Assembly: GCF_964204645.1 (NCBI RefSeq)
Contig: NC_134035.1
Location: 13,238,451 to 13,302,450 of the forward strand
Reading direction: 5' to 3'
DNA from: Tubulanus polymorphus
Lineage: Eukaryota > Animalia > Nemertea
Length of the DNA stretch: 64,000 nucleotides
Shown here: positions 13,301 to 27,100 of the stretch, one piece after another
How the letters are laid out: every line of letters begins with the position of its first letter
How positions within the stretch are numbered: position 1 is the first letter of the stretch
Program-made: the position numbers and the translations under genes
The notes under the pieces: model-generated
Told to the model about the DNA's origin: nothing
Database searches by the model: none
What the model saw: the letters and a program-made list of their open reading frames with translations, nothing else

Positions 13301-16300
13301 TCACTTGTACCGCAATGGCCGGTATTTCAATTGAGCAACTCAATCACATCCTGAAAGATAGTGGTTTATCTCTCAGTCAGTAAGTATACCCCCTCGGCCC
13401 ACGTGTCCAGTCACCCAGTCACCTAGTCACCCAGTCACCCAGTCACCCAGTCATCCAGTCACCCAGTCACCCAGTCACCCAGTCGTCCAGTCATCCAGTC
13501 GTCCAGTCACCCAGTCACCCAGTCACCCGGTCATCCAGTCATCCAGTCACCCAGTCACCCAGTCACCCAGTCGTCCAGTCATCCAGTCATCCAGTCACCC
13601 AGTCAACCAGTCACCCAGTCAACCAGTCACCCGGTCACCCAGTCATCCAGTCACCCAGTCACCCAGTCACCCAGTCACCCGGTCACCCAGTCAACCAGTC
13701 ATGAAATGTTTTTTTTTTTATTTACAATTCAATGACTATTATATACGTATTAGCATTATTATTATCTGTAGATTACCAGCGATATCGGATATTTCATTAG
13801 CCGGGTTTATATCAACTGCAGTTCACGGTACCGGAGCTAAATTCGGTGTCTGTTCGACAAACGTGAGTTTAATCTGTGAATTATCATCAATCAACCAAAC
13901 TCTAGAAAGCAATCTCAAACACATTCTGTCCGATGTTCAATTGATCTGTGGTGAAGTAAAGGAAATGCACCCACCCCTTTACCACCCGATACGCACTTTC
14001 TACGATAAAAGATCCAGAACTAAAACAAGCACCTAATTTCACAGTTGCTGGTTCAGTTTGACCGGAATGGAATTAGTTGAAGCAATTTCCAATCGCGTTG
14101 TGTTTATTCGATATCATTTCTAAGGCTACAAAATGATACCTCGTTTCTCCGCAGCGGCCGGCTGATTTTCCAAAAATTTGATAAAATTTGTAATCAGTTC
14201 ATTTCATGGTTAGTTTGATTATGATTTAAAACAAACGTATGTATACAGGGGTAGAGATAGGCCGGGTCAACTTCTAAGCTCAGCAGGCGGAGAATAAGAT
14301 ATCAGCATTATATTGCCTTAACCTATAAGATCTTTAGAACCTGTCCCTTGCATGAAGAGTAATACATCTGTTATTATTGTTTTGGAAATATCAAATTGGA
14401 AATTTGCCACATAGATTGCTGTTTCTATATTTAATAAACCGATGTCACCGAAAATTTAATCTTAGGTAGATAACACAACAGTCACTTTTAAATCTATAAT
14501 TGACATTATATAAATTTGAGAGTAAAATCGTGATGTATCATTTTTTCAGGTTTTAGAAATTGATTTGATGACGAGCGACGGTGAAATTATCCACTGTTCA
14601 CGAGACGAGAATAAAGACGTATTTCTAGCGGCTTGTTGCAGTTTAGGATCGTTAGGTGTCATCATCCGAGCTAAAATACAGTGCGAACCTATATTTAACC
14701 TACAGAGAATCACCTACCCGGTCAAACTGGACGATGTATGTGTGCCATATTTTATGTTCAGTTATATGTGAGAATTGTGATGAAGATTTTTCAAGATTAA
14801 AAGAATATTGAAGAGCCGTAGAATAGTGGCACCTCTGTAACGCGGAGAACGGATAATAAGTTTAAACCCACTTTAAATAGGTCACTAGAGATCATTGTCA
14901 GTCACCTGATGATATTTTACAGTTAATCTAATATCTGAAAGGGAGACATCTATCTAAATCCCATTAATTCATAGCTATTTTACTGGATATGGGGCTTAGA
15001 TAAATCTTGAAATAGTCGGGATAGCCCCCCCCCCCATCCCGGTAGACTCTGGCGTGAAGAATAGAAAATCCGTTTATAACCCACAATATACAGATATATA
15101 GAGTCTTTTGATTCTATTTCTTGAAAAATGAAATTAGTTTTTAATCTTTTAAATTCTGTATATGATCGGTTATAAACTTATTGAATATTGAGGATCTATG
15201 CGTATTTCGACTTCAGTTAGAAATTACCAATGATTTTCACAGTAAGTTGGCATCATTTTCAATATATTTTCAAGGTGCTTGAGAATTTAGACGCTCATTT
15301 GAACGCATCGGATCATTTCGAGTTTTTCTGGTATCCATACACCGAATATTGTATCGCCTTTCACAACAAACGGACTGATGCTGAAAAGGTATATACATCG
15401 TTACATCTCCTCTAGAAATATTCATCTTTGAATAATGTCTCCATTCTAATATCTTTGACACGTGTTTTAACAGACAAAAACTAAAGCAAGTTGGTTCAGA
15501 CGGATTTTCATCGGATACTATCTACTGGAGCTTTTATATTGGTTCAGGTAAATTAATCAGTCTGGAGCCCGGGCCGTTATAACCCTCAGCCTGGGCTGCG
15601 TGAGAGCCCCGTCTTCACATGTGGTGTTCAGAACTTAACCTGAGACATTTTTGATTAGAAATGAACGAACACCAGATTGACGAGGATTCCAGACTGTAAC
15701 ACCTTTATAACGCCATAAGCCTAGAAAGGTTGCGTGGAAGAATCGTTTACACGTTCTTCTTTAGATAACCATTTTCTAAATGCACAATACCAAACAAAAG
15801 GTGCAACGTTGACAATATTGTCAACTGTTGTTTTATATATTTCCAGTTCATTTGTGCCGAGTTTAACTAGATACATCAATAGGCTGTATCTGTGGTTGAA
15901 TTCTGGTCACACGCGGACGGTAGACTGGTCGCCAAATATCTTCAACTTTGATTGTTTGATGAAACAATACGTGTTGGAATACTCGTTCCCGAGGTACGGC
16001 TCATTTCCCAAATAATCGATTATCTTACTGTAAGTTATCTTTCAATTTCAGGGAAAAGTTTAAGCGTTAAACGACTGAATTGTTGACCTCTCTGAAAACA
16101 CCAGGGGCTGCAGTTACTCACCTGTTGGTTTATAAGATAAATAGAATAAAAAGCTGGACCCGGGGTCCATTTCCAGGTTAATCTCATCTCATCTACTCGA
16201 TGATTATATCTACTAAACAAGTTTAAACGTCCGTGTCCATACACAGCTCACAGCTGAGCTGGTAGTTGACCAAATTATAACGCTAACGATTCCAGACCGT

Positions 16301-17458
16301 ATTTTAAAATGCTCCTCGAATCCGATAAAGCTGTGTAACTAGTCACTTTTGTAAAATGATTCTATAATTTTGTTTCTCGGTTTTTACAGAGATAAAACGG
16401 CGCTAGTTTTGAAAGAGTTACAAACTCGAATCATTCAGAATCATCACCAGGCGCATTTACCGATTGAAGTTCGGTTTGTGAAATCAGATGATATTTATCT
16501 GAGTCCGGCTTACGGCCGTGATTCTACATATATCAATATCATCAGCTACAGGTGACTACACAACTACTCATCTGCAGTTCAACTCTCCTCGCATCACTCA
16601 GTTCCTTTATGGACCCAGTTCCACAGGTCTGGAGCTAGTTCCAAAGTTCAGGGCCCACAGTTTGGCTCGACAGTTCTGGACCCAGTTCCACAGTTACTGG
16701 ACCCAATTCCACAGTTCTGGACCCAGTTCCACAGCTCATGACTTGCACAATTCCTTTATGGACCCAGTTCCACATCCCACTTCTAAAGTTCCACAGTTCT
16801 GGATGCAGTTCGACAGTTCTGTATTCAGTTCCGCTGGTCAGGATCCAGTTATATACCCGGGACCCCACAGTTCTACATTTCTTGGGCCTACTCCCAATCG
16901 GACCCAGGTCCATAGTCCATAATTCGGTTCAACGGTTCTGAGTCCTGCTAAACAATCATAGACCTTATTACGTGCACAGTTCTAAAAGCTTTCCTCAAAT
17001 TCTGCTCAGAACTGTGGAAGGAACTGAATGCAAACTGTTTAATTGTTTTAATTGACCGCGATCGTTACAGACCATATGGTAAAGCTATTCCACATTCTGA
17101 ATATTGGGCCGATTATGAGAAAATTGTACAAGAAATCGCTGGTAGACCGCACTGGGCGAAGGTAAGTTGAGGTCAGCAGACATTGCTGTATCATCGGAGT
17201 TCACTTAAAGCCACTATCTTACGCATTGAACCTGTGACACCAGTCATCAGGGAACCTCGATAACATTTGATATTCATGAAGTTTGATGTAGCTTTTCTTC
17301 CTTTTTGTTTATTGTAAATTGTCAAGGCGCACAGTATGGATTGTCATCAGCTGAAGCAACTCTACCCAATGTGGAATCAGTTCCACCGAGTTCGTGAGCG
17401 TTTAGATCCACGTGGAATATTCATGAATCGTTACCTGAGACAAGTGTTCGACAGTTAG
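10355..17458 (+). CDS. GULO: L-gulonolactone oxidase-like, copy 1 (447 aa, 11 exons)
   Basis: Exons 10355-10480, 12539-12664, 13285-13379, 13772-13862, 14550-14735, 15275-15388, 15474-15547, 15847-15993, 16390-16551, 17071-17161, 17327-17458. All introns are GT-AG and the 1344-nt frame is open. Motifs: [65 protein letters not shown] (VAO-family aldonolactone oxidoreductase). Confidence 0.95.
11163..11890. repeat. 20-bp minisatellite (CCAGAACTGTGGAACTGAGT)n in GULO-1 intron 1
   Basis: About 35 units. Related degenerate arrays occur at ~16610-16945, ~21850-22150 and ~27135-27440 (opposite orientation) and at ~62840-63010. Confidence 0.95.
12038..12113 (-). mobile_element. Degenerate tRNA-like sequence (pseudo-tRNA or SINE head)
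   Basis: Minus strand has an acceptor-like stem GGTCAGC...GCTGGCC, an A-box TGGCCGAATGG and a degenerate B-box GATCGAATCC. The anticodon stem does not pair. Confidence 0.6.
13407..13700. repeat. 9-bp minisatellite (CCAGTCACC)n in GULO-1 intron 3
   Basis: Tandem cagtcaccc/cagtcatcc/cagtcgtcc units; orthologous arrays occur in copies 2 and 3. Confidence 0.95.
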
Positions 17459-18080
17459 AGAGGGAGAGAGAGAGCAATTCATTACTAAAGTCTATCTATT
17501 TTTGTCTGGGATCGATTTTTCTGAAATCTTTTAATCTATTAAACACGACCAGTGAAACTGTGCAGTCTAATCATTAACACTATTGTTTTTTTATTCAATT
17601 TACACTGTATTAAATGATCGCTAAAAAATCTTCTTTATTTCTCTCGTGTTGAAAGAGAAATGATCAACCATTTTTGAATTATTAACTGTTTTCATGGCTA
17701 AAAACGATGATTTTTAAAATGATTTGAAAATTATTCTAAAATGTTTGGCATGAAATCAATATTGTTAAGATTGATTAAGTTCGTAAAATGGAGTCTGATG
17801 CAAATGAGTTGAAGAAGACTTCTTTGGAAATGCTTCAATATCATATTCACTCATAACAGCGATGTATATTAACATTGATTGCTTAATTGATACTATCAGA
17901 TTATATAAACTAAATAAAATGCAAATATAGACAATATATGGTTAGTTGTTAGTCGTATGTGTGGTTTTAGGGGTCCAGACTCCTGCCTCCGTATCGAAAC
18001 ACTCTTTAAAACAGCGCCGACAGATTGGCGCGACCAGTGGAACTTTTCACCAACGAGGGCTGTTAGGCGAAGCTCATATA

Positions 18081-18257
18081 CAGTGGAACCTCGTTACTGC
18101 GAACTTCACGGGAACAGAAAATCTGTTCGTTATAACCGATAGTTCATTATGTCCAGTATGAAATCAATCGAATTGTCTTTCAACGGACAAAATGCTATAT
18201 TTGGTTTATCCGATGAAGAACCGTTGTATCCGAGTTGGTTGTTACGAGGTTCCACTG
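18081..18257. mobile_element. Tc1/mariner (pogo/Tigger-like) MITE
   Basis: TIRs CAGTGGAACCTCGT...ACGAGGTTCCACTG, preceded by TA. Second copy at 23324-23500, empty site at ~28505 after copy 3, related relic at ~33722-33952. Confidence 0.8.
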
Positions 18258-18807
18258 TGTACGCATTTTCCCGGCATTTGAACCATATGAAATTTCGTTG
18301 GAAAGTGTGCAAACAACCCGGTATCTATGATAGAGCAGTAACCGCGGGTGTGATTGCTTTAGAGGCTGATGTTCCGAAGAGTCTCTTCTCTTGTCGCTGA
18401 TGTATTACAGCAACAACTCAAACTCTTGTCGATTGAAGAAAGAAAAAACGTATTTTCTTTTGTTCAAATGTCAACCGTCAAACCGCTTTATATTCCTGTT
18501 AATATCGAAACTAGATTTACTCGCTGAACTACGTCGGAAAAGTGTTAAAAGTTCTCTCGCGACTGTCTGAGTTTGGCTGAGAGACACAGCGACAAAAATT
18601 CGAAATTCAATTCTTCGTTTTAGAAGTGCATAGTTTATGTAACATTTTTATGTAACCGGATTTCATATTGAGGCCGTCGTATTTGTATTCTATCCGTCGG
18701 TGGGAACTAACACTGGTATAATATATTGTGTGTGCACGAAATTGAAATAAATCATCGGATAAAAAATCGGATTATTCAATGACGTGTTTCTAGCGACTAA
18801 CGATAAA

Positions 18808-21800
18808 ATGGCGGCGATGGTCGAAATGACAGGCGAAAAACGCGATGACTTCTATTTTGAGAACTGGTCGCGAACGTTTTCGTGTCGTCCTGAATTATAT
18901 TTCACACCAGAAAATGAAGACCAACTCAAACAGGTATATGTAATGAAGGCTCAACATTGTGATTATTTTTCTTGTAGAACCTTACAGAACTTTACACAGA
19001 TTATGTTAACAGATATTAAGATTAGCGGTTGACGAAGGCAAGACTGTTAAAGTGGTCGGACTGGGTCGATCGCTTACCGACATCGCTTGTACCAATGAAT
19101 ACATGATATCTCTACAAAAATTCGATCGAATCGTTGAAGTAAGTTAGAAAATCTGTGAACTGTAGACATTTCAAGCCTTTAAAACCTGGAGAAAATAAAT
19201 AATCTGGTCTCGAGGGAAGATTTCTGAGAATCCAGTGAGAACCCCCTCCCCGAATAACAGTTTCATTAGTGATATTAACACGAGCACATAAACGCCTATA
19301 TCATCACAAAACTGATGAAGCTTTATTGAAATGTTAAGTCACTCCCTGAAACGACTTTACTCTTACTTTCTCTGATAACAGATTGATAATGAGAAGTTCA
19401 CTTGTACCGCAATGGCCGGTATTTCAATTGAGCAACTCAATCACATCCTGAAAGATAGTGGTTTATCTCTCAGTCAGTAAGTATACCCCCTCGGCCTGTG
19501 TCCAGTAACCCAGTCGTCCAGTCATCCAGTCACCCAGTCATTCAGTCACCCATTTATCCAGTCACCCAGTCGTCCAGTCGTCAAGTCATCCAATCGCCCA
19601 GTCGTCCAGTCACCCAGTCGTCCAGTCACCCAGTCGTCCAGTCATCCAGTCGTCCAGTCATCCAGTCACCCAGTCGTCCAGTCACCCAGTCATCCAATCA
19701 CCCAGTCGACCAGTCGTCAAGTCATCCAGTCACCCAGTCGACCAGTCACCCAATCGTCCAGTCAACCAGTCGACCAGTCGACCAGTAGCCCAGCCATGAA
19801 ATATATTTTCTTCTTTACAATTCTAATGATTATTATACATGTATTATTACTATTGTCTGTAGATTACCAGTGATATCGGATATTTCATTAGCCGGGTTTA
19901 TATCAACTGCGGTTCACGGTACCGGAGCTAAATTCGGTGTCTGTTCGACAAACGTGAGTTTAATCTGTGAATTATCATCTATCAACTTCTGTCCAATGTC
20001 CAATATTGAACAATTTACCATATATAGATTGCTGTTTCCATATTTAATAAACCGATGTCACAAAATACATATATATATAACTTAATAAATAACAGGGACT
20101 TGAAAGTCTGTAATTATGATATAAATCTGAGAGTAAAATCGCGATGTTTCATTTTTTCAGGTATTAGAAATTGATTTGATGACGAGCGACGGTGAAATTA
20201 TCCACTGTTCACGAGAGGAGAATAAAGACGTATTTCTAGCGGCTTGTTGCAGTTTAGGATCGTTAGGTGTCATCATCCGAGCTAAAATACAGTGCGAACC
20301 TATATTCAACCTACAGAGAGTCACCTACCCGGTCAAACTGGACGATGTATGTGTGCCATCTTTTATGTTCAGTTATATGTGAGAGTAAAATCGAAAATGA
20401 ACTGATTTTCACAGTAAGTTGGCATCATTTTCAATATATTTTCAAGGTGCTTGAGAATTTAGACGCTCATTTGAACGCATCGGATCATTTCGAGTTGCTC
20501 TGGTATCCGTACACCGGATATTGTATCGCCTTTCATAGGAAACGCACTGACGCTGAAAAGGTATATACATCGTTACATCTCCAGAAATATTCATTTTTGA
20601 ATCGTCTCCATTCTAATATCTCTGACACATTTGTTTTAACAGACGAATACTAATGCAAGTTGGTTCAGACGGTTTTTCATTGGATATTATCTGCTGGAAT
20701 TTCTATATTGGTTCAGGTAAATTATCAATCTGCAACCAGAGCCGTTACCGCCCTCAACCTGGGCTCCGTGAGAGACCTCCGCCTTCATATAAGTGTTCAG
20801 AATTTTACCTAAGATATTTTGAAAATGAACTGAAAATACCAGACAAAACATTTTATCAGCATACTTTCAAAAACTGATCGTCCACACTTCACATGTGTTC
20901 AGTGCTTCACCTGAGACATTTTTAATTGAAAATGAACTACAAACATCAGACATTAGACATTTTATCAGCACACTTTCACAAACTGATTGTCCACACGTCA
21001 CATGTGTTCAGTGCTTCACCAGAGACATTTCAATTGAAAATGAACTAACGCCAGATTGACGTGGATTCCAAATTGCAGATTGACACCTTCATAACGCCAT
21101 AAGCCTAGAAAGATTGCTTGGACAGTGGCGTTGGAAGTGCAGTTTTTCAACTGGAAAAATTGTTTATAGTAATACTTTCTTCTTTAGATAACCATTTTCT
21201 AAATGCGCAAAACCAACTAAAATCGTACAACGTTGATAACATTGACAACTGATATTTTATATATTTCCAGTACATTTGTACCGAGTTTAACTAGATACAT
21301 CAATAGGCTGTATTTATGGTTGAATTTTGGTCACACGCGGACGGTAGACTGGTCGCCGAATATCTTCAACTTTGAAGTTTTGATAAAACCAGACGTGATG
21401 GAATACTCGTTCCCGAGGTACGGCTCATTTCCCAAATAATCGATAACCTCTTACTTGGGATCAATTTCAGGGAAAAGTTTAAGCTTAAAACGGCTAAGTC
21501 TGAATTTGTTGACTTCATTGAAAACATCCAGGCCAACTATTTGTTGACCAAATTTTGACGCCAAGATTCCAGACCGTATTTCAAATCTCCTCGAATCCGA
21601 CGGTGCTGTGTAACTAGTCACTTTTGTAAAATGATTCTATAATTTTGTTTCTCGGTTTTTACAGAGATAAAACGGCGCTAGTTTTGAAAGAGTTACAAAC
21701 TCGAATCATTCAGAATCATCACCAGGCGCACTTCCCGATTCAAGTTCGGTTTGTGAAATCAGATGATATTTATCTGAGTCCGGCTTACGGCCGTGATTCT

Positions 21801-22703
21801 ACATATATCAATATCATCAGCTACAGGTGACTACACAACTACTCATCCACAGTTCCCCTGCCCAGTTCCATAGTTCCTTTACGGACCCAGTTCCACAGGT
21901 CTGGAGCTAATACCAAAGTTCAGGGCCTACAGTTTGGCTCAAAGGTTCTGTGGATCCTGTTCCACAGCTCATGACTTGCACAGTTTCTTTATGGACCCAG
22001 TTTCAAAGGCCCACTTCGAAAGTTCGACAGTTCTGTATTCAGCTCGGCAAGTCTGAATATTCAGTTCTATACCCGGGACCCCACAGTTCTACAGTTCTAG
22101 ACCTACTTCCAGGACCCAGGTCCACAGTCGATCTGATTCAACGGTTCTGAGTCCTGCTAAACAATCATAGACCTTATTACGTACACAGTTCTAAAAGCTA
22201 TCCTCAAATTCTGCTCAGAACTGTGGAAGGAACTGAATGTGTACAGCGGGTAAAATATTCATTGTTCCCAAGCGCGATCGAGATAAAGCGACATTTAATT
22301 TGTTCACTGTTACAGACCATATGGTAAAGCTATTCCACATTCTGAATATTGGGCCGATTATGAGAAAATTGTACAAGAATTCGCAGGTAGACCGCACTGG
22401 GCGAAGGTAAGTTGAGGTCAGCAGACATTGCTGTATCATCGGAGTTCTCATAAAGTCAGTATCTTACGCATTGAACCTGTGACACCAGTCATCAGGGAAC
22501 CTCGATAACATTTGATATTCATGAAGTTTGATGTAGCTTTTCTTCCTTTTTGTTTATTGTAAATTGTCAAGGCGCACAGTATGGATTGTCATCAGCTGAA
22601 GCAACTCTACCCAATGTGGAATCAGTTCCACCGAGTTCGTGAGCGTTTAGATCCACGTGGAATATTCATGAATCGTTACCTGAGACAAGTGTTCGACAGT
22701 TAG
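18808..22703 (+). CDS. GULO: L-gulonolactone oxidase-like, copy 2 (447 aa, 11 exons; altered active-site residues)
   Basis: Exons 18808-18933, 19013-19138, 19382-19476, 19863-19953, 20161-20346, 20447-20560, 20643-20716, 21271-21417, 21665-21826, 22316-22406, 22572-22703. Exon lengths equal copy 1; no stops or frameshifts. Motifs [28 protein letters not shown]. Confidence 0.93.
19502..19795. repeat. 9-bp CCAGTCACC-type minisatellite, GULO-2 intron 3
   Basis: Degenerate tandem cagtcgtcc/cagtcaccc units. Confidence 0.9.
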
Positions 22704-23323
22704 AGAGGGAGAGAGAGAGCAATTCATTACTAAAGTCTATCTATTTTTGTCTGGGATCGATTTTTCTGAAATCTTTAAATATTTTAAACACGACCAGTGA
22801 AACTGTGCAGTCTAATCATTAACACTATTGTTTTTTTATTCAATTTACACTGTATTAAATGATCGCTAAAAAATCTTCTTTATTTCTCTCGTGTTGAAAG
22901 AGAAATGATCAACCATTTTTGAATTATTAACTGTTTTCATGGCTAAAAACGATAATTTTTAATGATTTGAAAATAATTCTAAAATGTTTGGCATGAAATC
23001 AATATTGTTAAGATTGATTAAGTTCGTAAAATGGAGTCTGATGCAAATGAGTTGAAGAAGACTTCTTTGGAAATGCTTCAATATCATATTCACTCATAAC
23101 AGCGATGTATATTAACATTGATTGCTTAATTGATACTATAAGATTATATAAACTAAATAAAATGCAAATATAGACAATATATGGTTAGTTGTTAGTCGTA
23201 TGTATGGTTTTAGGGATCCAGACTCCGGCCTCCGTATCGAAACACTCTTTAAAACAGCGCCGACAGATTGGCGCGACCAGTGGAACTTTTCACCAACGAG
23301 GGCTGTTAGGCGAAGCTCATATA

Positions 23324-23500
23324 CAGTGGAACCTCGTTACAGCAAACATCGCGGGAACAGAAAATCTGTTCGTTATAACCGATAGTTCATTATGTCCAGT
23401 ATGAAATCAATCGAATTGTCTTTCAACGGACAAAATGCTATATTTGGTTTATCCGATGAAGAACCGTTGTATCCGAGTTGGTTGTTACGAGGTTCCACTG
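23324..23500. mobile_element. Tc1/mariner (pogo/Tigger-like) MITE, duplicated with the GULO unit
   Basis: Near-identical to 18081-18257, same TIRs. Confidence 0.8.
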
Positions 23501-24113
23501 TGTACGCATTTTCCCGGCATTTGAACCATATGAAATTCCGTTGGAAAGTGTGCAAACAACCCGGTATCTATGATAGAGCAGTAACCGCGGGTGTGATTGC
23601 TTTAGAGGCTGATGTTCCGAAGAGTCTCTTCTCTTGTCGCTCATGTATTACAGTAACCACTCAAACTCTTGTCGATTGTAGATAGAAAAAACATTTTTTG
23701 TTTCAACCACTCAAACTCTTGTCGATTGAAGAAAGAAAAAACTTCTTTTCTTTTGTTCAAATGTTAACCGTCAAACCGCTTTATATTCCTGTTAATATCG
23801 AAACTAGATTTACTCGCTGAACGACGTCGGAAAAGTGTTAAAAGTTATGGCGCATGTTCTCTCGCGACTGTCTGAGTTTGGCTGAGAGACACAGCGACAA
23901 AAATTCGAAATTCAATTCTTCGTTTTAGAAGTGCATAGTTTATGTAAAATTTTTATGTAACCGGATTTCATATTGAGGCCGTCGTATTTGTATTCTATTC
24001 CGTCGGTGGGAACTAACACTGGTATAATATATTGTGTGTGCACGAAATTGAAATAAATCATCGGATAAAAGATCGGATTATTCAATGACGTGTATCTAGC
24101 GACTGACGATAAA

Positions 24114-27100
24114 ATGGCGGCGATGGTCGAAATGACGGGCGAAAAACGCGATGACTTCTATTTTGAGAACTGGTCGCGAACGTTTTCCTGTCGTCCTGAA
24201 TTATATTTCACACCAGAAAATGAAGACCAGCTCAAACAGGTATATGTAATGTAGGCTCAACATTGTGATTATTTTTCTTGTAGAACCTTACAGAACTTTA
24301 CACAGATTATGTTAACAGATATTAAGATTAGCGGTTGACGAAGGCAGGACTGTTAAAGTGGTCGGACTGGGTCGATCGCTTACCGATATCGCTTGTACCA
24401 ATGAATACATGATATCTCTACAAAAATTCGATCGAATCGTTGAAGTAAGTTAGAAAATCTGTGAACTGTACACATTTCAAGCCTTTAAACCTGGAGAAAA
24501 TAAATAATCTGGTCTCGAGGGAAGATTTCTGAGAATCCAGTAAGAACCCCCTCCCCGAATAACAGTTTCATTAGTGATATTAACACGAGCACATAAACGC
24601 CTATATCATCACAAAACTGATGAAACTTTATTGAAATGTTAAGTCACTCCCTGAAACGACTTTACTCTTACTTTCTCTGATAACAGATTGATAATGAGAA
24701 GTTCACTTGTACCGCAATGGCCGGTATTTCAATTGAGCAACTCAATCGTATCCTGAAAGATAGTGGTTTATCTCTCAGTCAGTAAGTATATTTACCCCCT
24801 CGGCCTGTGTCCAGTAACCCAGTCGTCCAGTCATCCAATCGCCCAGTCGTCCAGTCACCCAGTCATTCAGTCACCCATTCACCCAGTCACCCAGTCGTCC
24901 AGTCATCAAGTCATCCAATCGCCCAGTCGTCCAGTCGACCAGTCGACCAGTCATCCAGTCACCCAGTCACCCAGTCACCCAGTCACCCAGTCATCCAATC
25001 ATCCAGTCACCCAGTCGTCCAGTCACCCAGTCATCCAATCACCCAGTCGACCAGTCGTCAAGTCATCCAGTCATCCAGCCATGAAATGTATTTTCTTATT
25101 TACAATTCTAATGATTATTATACATGTATTATCATTATCTGTAGATTACCAGTGATATCGGATATTTCATTAGCCGGGTTTATATCAACTGCAGTTCACG
25201 GTACTGGAGCTAAATTCGGTGTCTGTTCGACAAACGTGAGTTTATTCTGCGAATTATCATCAATCAACTTCTGTCCAATGTCCAATATTGAACAATTTAC
25301 CATATATAGATTGCTGTTTATTAAGTAATATATATGTATTTTGTGTGACATCGGTCTTTCAAATATGGAAATAACAGTCACTTTTAAATCTATAATTGAT
25401 TATATAAATCTGAGGGTAAAATTGTGATGTATCATTTTTTTCAGGTATTAGAAATTGATTTGATGACGAGCGACGGTGAAATTATCCACTGTTCACGAGA
25501 CGAGAATAAAGACGTATTTCTAGCGGCTTGTTGCAGTTTAGGATCGTTAGGTGTCATCATCCGAGCTAAAATACAGTGCGAACCTATATTCAACCTACAG
25601 AGAGTCACCTACCCGGTCAAACTGGACGATGTACGTCGGCCATCTTTTATGTTCAGTTATATGTGAGAGTAAAATCGAAAATGAAATGATTTTCACAGTA
25701 AGTTGGCATCATTTTCAATATATTTTCAAGGTGCTTGAGAATTTAGACGCTCATTTGAACGCATCGGATCATTTCGAGTTGCTCTGGTATCCGTACACCG
25801 AATATTGTATCGCCTTTCATAGGAAACGCACTGATGCTGAAAAGGTATATACATCGTTACATCTCCTCTAGAAATATTCATCTTTGAATAATGTCTCCAT
25901 TCTTATATCTCTGACACGTGTTTTAACAGACAAAAACTAAAGCAAGTTGGTTCAGACGGTTTTTCATTGGATATTATCTGCTGGAATTTCTATATTGGTT
26001 CAGGTAAATTATCAATCTGCAACCAGAGCCGTTACCGCCCTCAACCTGGGCTCCGTGAGAGACCTCCGCCTTCATATAAGTGTTCAGAATTTTACCTAAG
26101 ATATTTTGAAAATGAACTAAAAATACCAGACAAAACATTTTATCAGCATACTTTCAAAAACTGATCGTCCACACTTCACATGTGTTCAGAACTTCACCTG
26201 AGACATTTTTAATTGAAAATGAACTACAAACATCAGACATTAGACATTTTATCAGCACACTTTCACAAACTGATTGTCCACACTTCACATGTGTTCAGTG
26301 CTTCACCAGAGACATTTCAATTGAAAATGAACTAACGCCAGATTGACGTGGATTCCAAATTGCAGATTGACACCTTCATAACGCCATAAGCCTAGAAAAA
26401 TTGCTTGGACAGTGGTGTCTGAAGTGCAGTTTTTCAACTGGAAAAATTGTTTATAGTAATACTTTCTTCTTTAGATAACCATTTTCTAAATGCGCAAAAC
26501 CAACTAAAATCGTACAACGTTGATAACATTGACAACTGATATTTTATATATTTCCAGTACATTTGTACCGAGTTTAACTAGATACATCAATAGGCTGTAT
26601 TTATGGTTGAATTTTGGTCACACGCGGACGGTAGACTGGTCGCCGAATATCTTCAACTTTGAAGTTTTGATAAAACCAGACGTGATGGAATACTCGTTCC
26701 CGAGGTACGGCTCATTTCCCAAATAATCGATAACTTCTTACTTGGGATCAATTTCAGGGAAAAGTTTAAGCTTAAAACGGCTAACTTTGAATTTGTTGAC
26801 TTCATTGAATACATCCGGGCCAACTATTTGTTGACCAAATTTTGACGCCAAGATTCCAGACCGTATTTCAAATCTCCTCGAATCCGACGGTGCTGTGTAA
26901 CTAGTCACTTTTGTAAAATGATTCTATAATTTTGTTTCTCGGTTTTTACAGAGATAAAACGGCGCTAGTTTTGAAAGAGTTACAAACTCGAATCATTCAG
27001 AATCATCACCAGGCGCACTTCCCGATTCAAGTTCGGTTTGTGAAATCAGATGATATTTATCTGAGTCCGGCTTACGGCCGTGATTCTACATATATCAATA

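Noticed and set aside
19498-19788. Ser/Pro/Gln-rich ORFs (also 24763-25328)
   Set aside because: Frame-preserving 9-bp intronic minisatellite with non-ATG starts.
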